A DNA stretch of 64,000 bases, taken from the NCBI GenBank assembly GCA_963709585.1, contig CAVPXI010000014.1, forward strand, positions 32,001 through 96,000, given 5' to 3'. Within the stretch, counting starts at the first letter, position 1; each line of letters begins with the position of its first letter. Position numbers and translations under genes: made by a program. This DNA is from Candidatus Dormiibacterota bacterium (GTDB lineage Bacteria; Chloroflexota; Dormibacteria; Aeolococcales; Aeolococcaceae). Positions 63,695-64,000 of the stretch are shown here, one piece after another. Below the pieces are notes generated by a model. It did not search any database. It worked only from the letters and a program-made list of their open reading frames with translations, and was not told the origin of the DNA.

Positions 63695-64000
63695 CCGCGG
63701 ATCCTCTTGAGGTTGAACAGCATCGCCGGAACGACCAGGATGAACAGCACCACGGCAAGCGCGGCGGCGAGTCCCTGGCCCGTCGTAGTCTCGAAGTCGT
63801 TGTAGATGTCCACCGCGATCGTGGCCGCCCCTGACTGCGATGACGGCGCCGCCATGTTCAGGATGATGTCGAAGATCTTGAGGACGTTGATGAGCATTGT
63901 GACGAATACCACGACGAGCACCGGCATCAGCATCGGCACGGTCACCCGGCGCAGGGTCTGCCACTCACTGGCACCGTCGATCTGCGCAGCCTCGAGCACC
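63691..64000 (-). CDS. Carbohydrate ABC transporter permease, partial
   Basis: LEAAQIDGA, LKIFD; runs off the window edge. Confidence 0.88.
   Translation of the reverse strand, partial: VLEAAQIDGASEWQTLRRVTVPMLMPVLVVVFVTMLINVLKIFDIILNMAAPSSQSGAATIAVDIYNDFETTTGQGLAAALAVVLFILVVPAMLFNLKRIRG

Overview
High-GC bacterial chromosome segment. The gene style suggests a soil Terrabacteria lineage such as Ca. Dormibacterota, Chloroflexota or Actinomycetota (inference only). It has four blocks. (1) 1-11.5 kb: an unusual respiratory operon with two cytochrome bd subunit I (CydA)-like genes flanking a Rieske/cytochrome b pair and no cytochrome c. It is headed by a multidomain USP/PCP_red/rubredoxin-like protein, faces a divergent PCP_red protein, and is followed by a pseudo-receiver, an ABC exporter and a lipoprotein. 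(2) 11.9-18.1 kb: an accessory stretch bracketed by a ~105-bp direct repeat (aldose epimerase, TetR-ABC, orphan Flp pilin). (3) 18.4-39.7 kb: a tandem array of three islands (~1.9, ~4.2 and ~15 kb) at tRNA-Pro(GGG). Each ends in a 48-bp copy of the tRNA 3' half plus a conserved arm with 10-bp-phased repeats, no integrase is visible, and the cargo is HEPN/MNT toxin-antitoxin and redox/detox genes. (4) 39.7-64 kb: core genes (der, mec-cysM, eno, mmsA, form II coxSLM, amino-acid and sugar ABC transporters, MFS, mgsA, GntR) plus a zinc-finger microprotein below the ORF-track cutoff. About 13 small frameshifts in otherwise intact genes suggest an indel-prone assembly.
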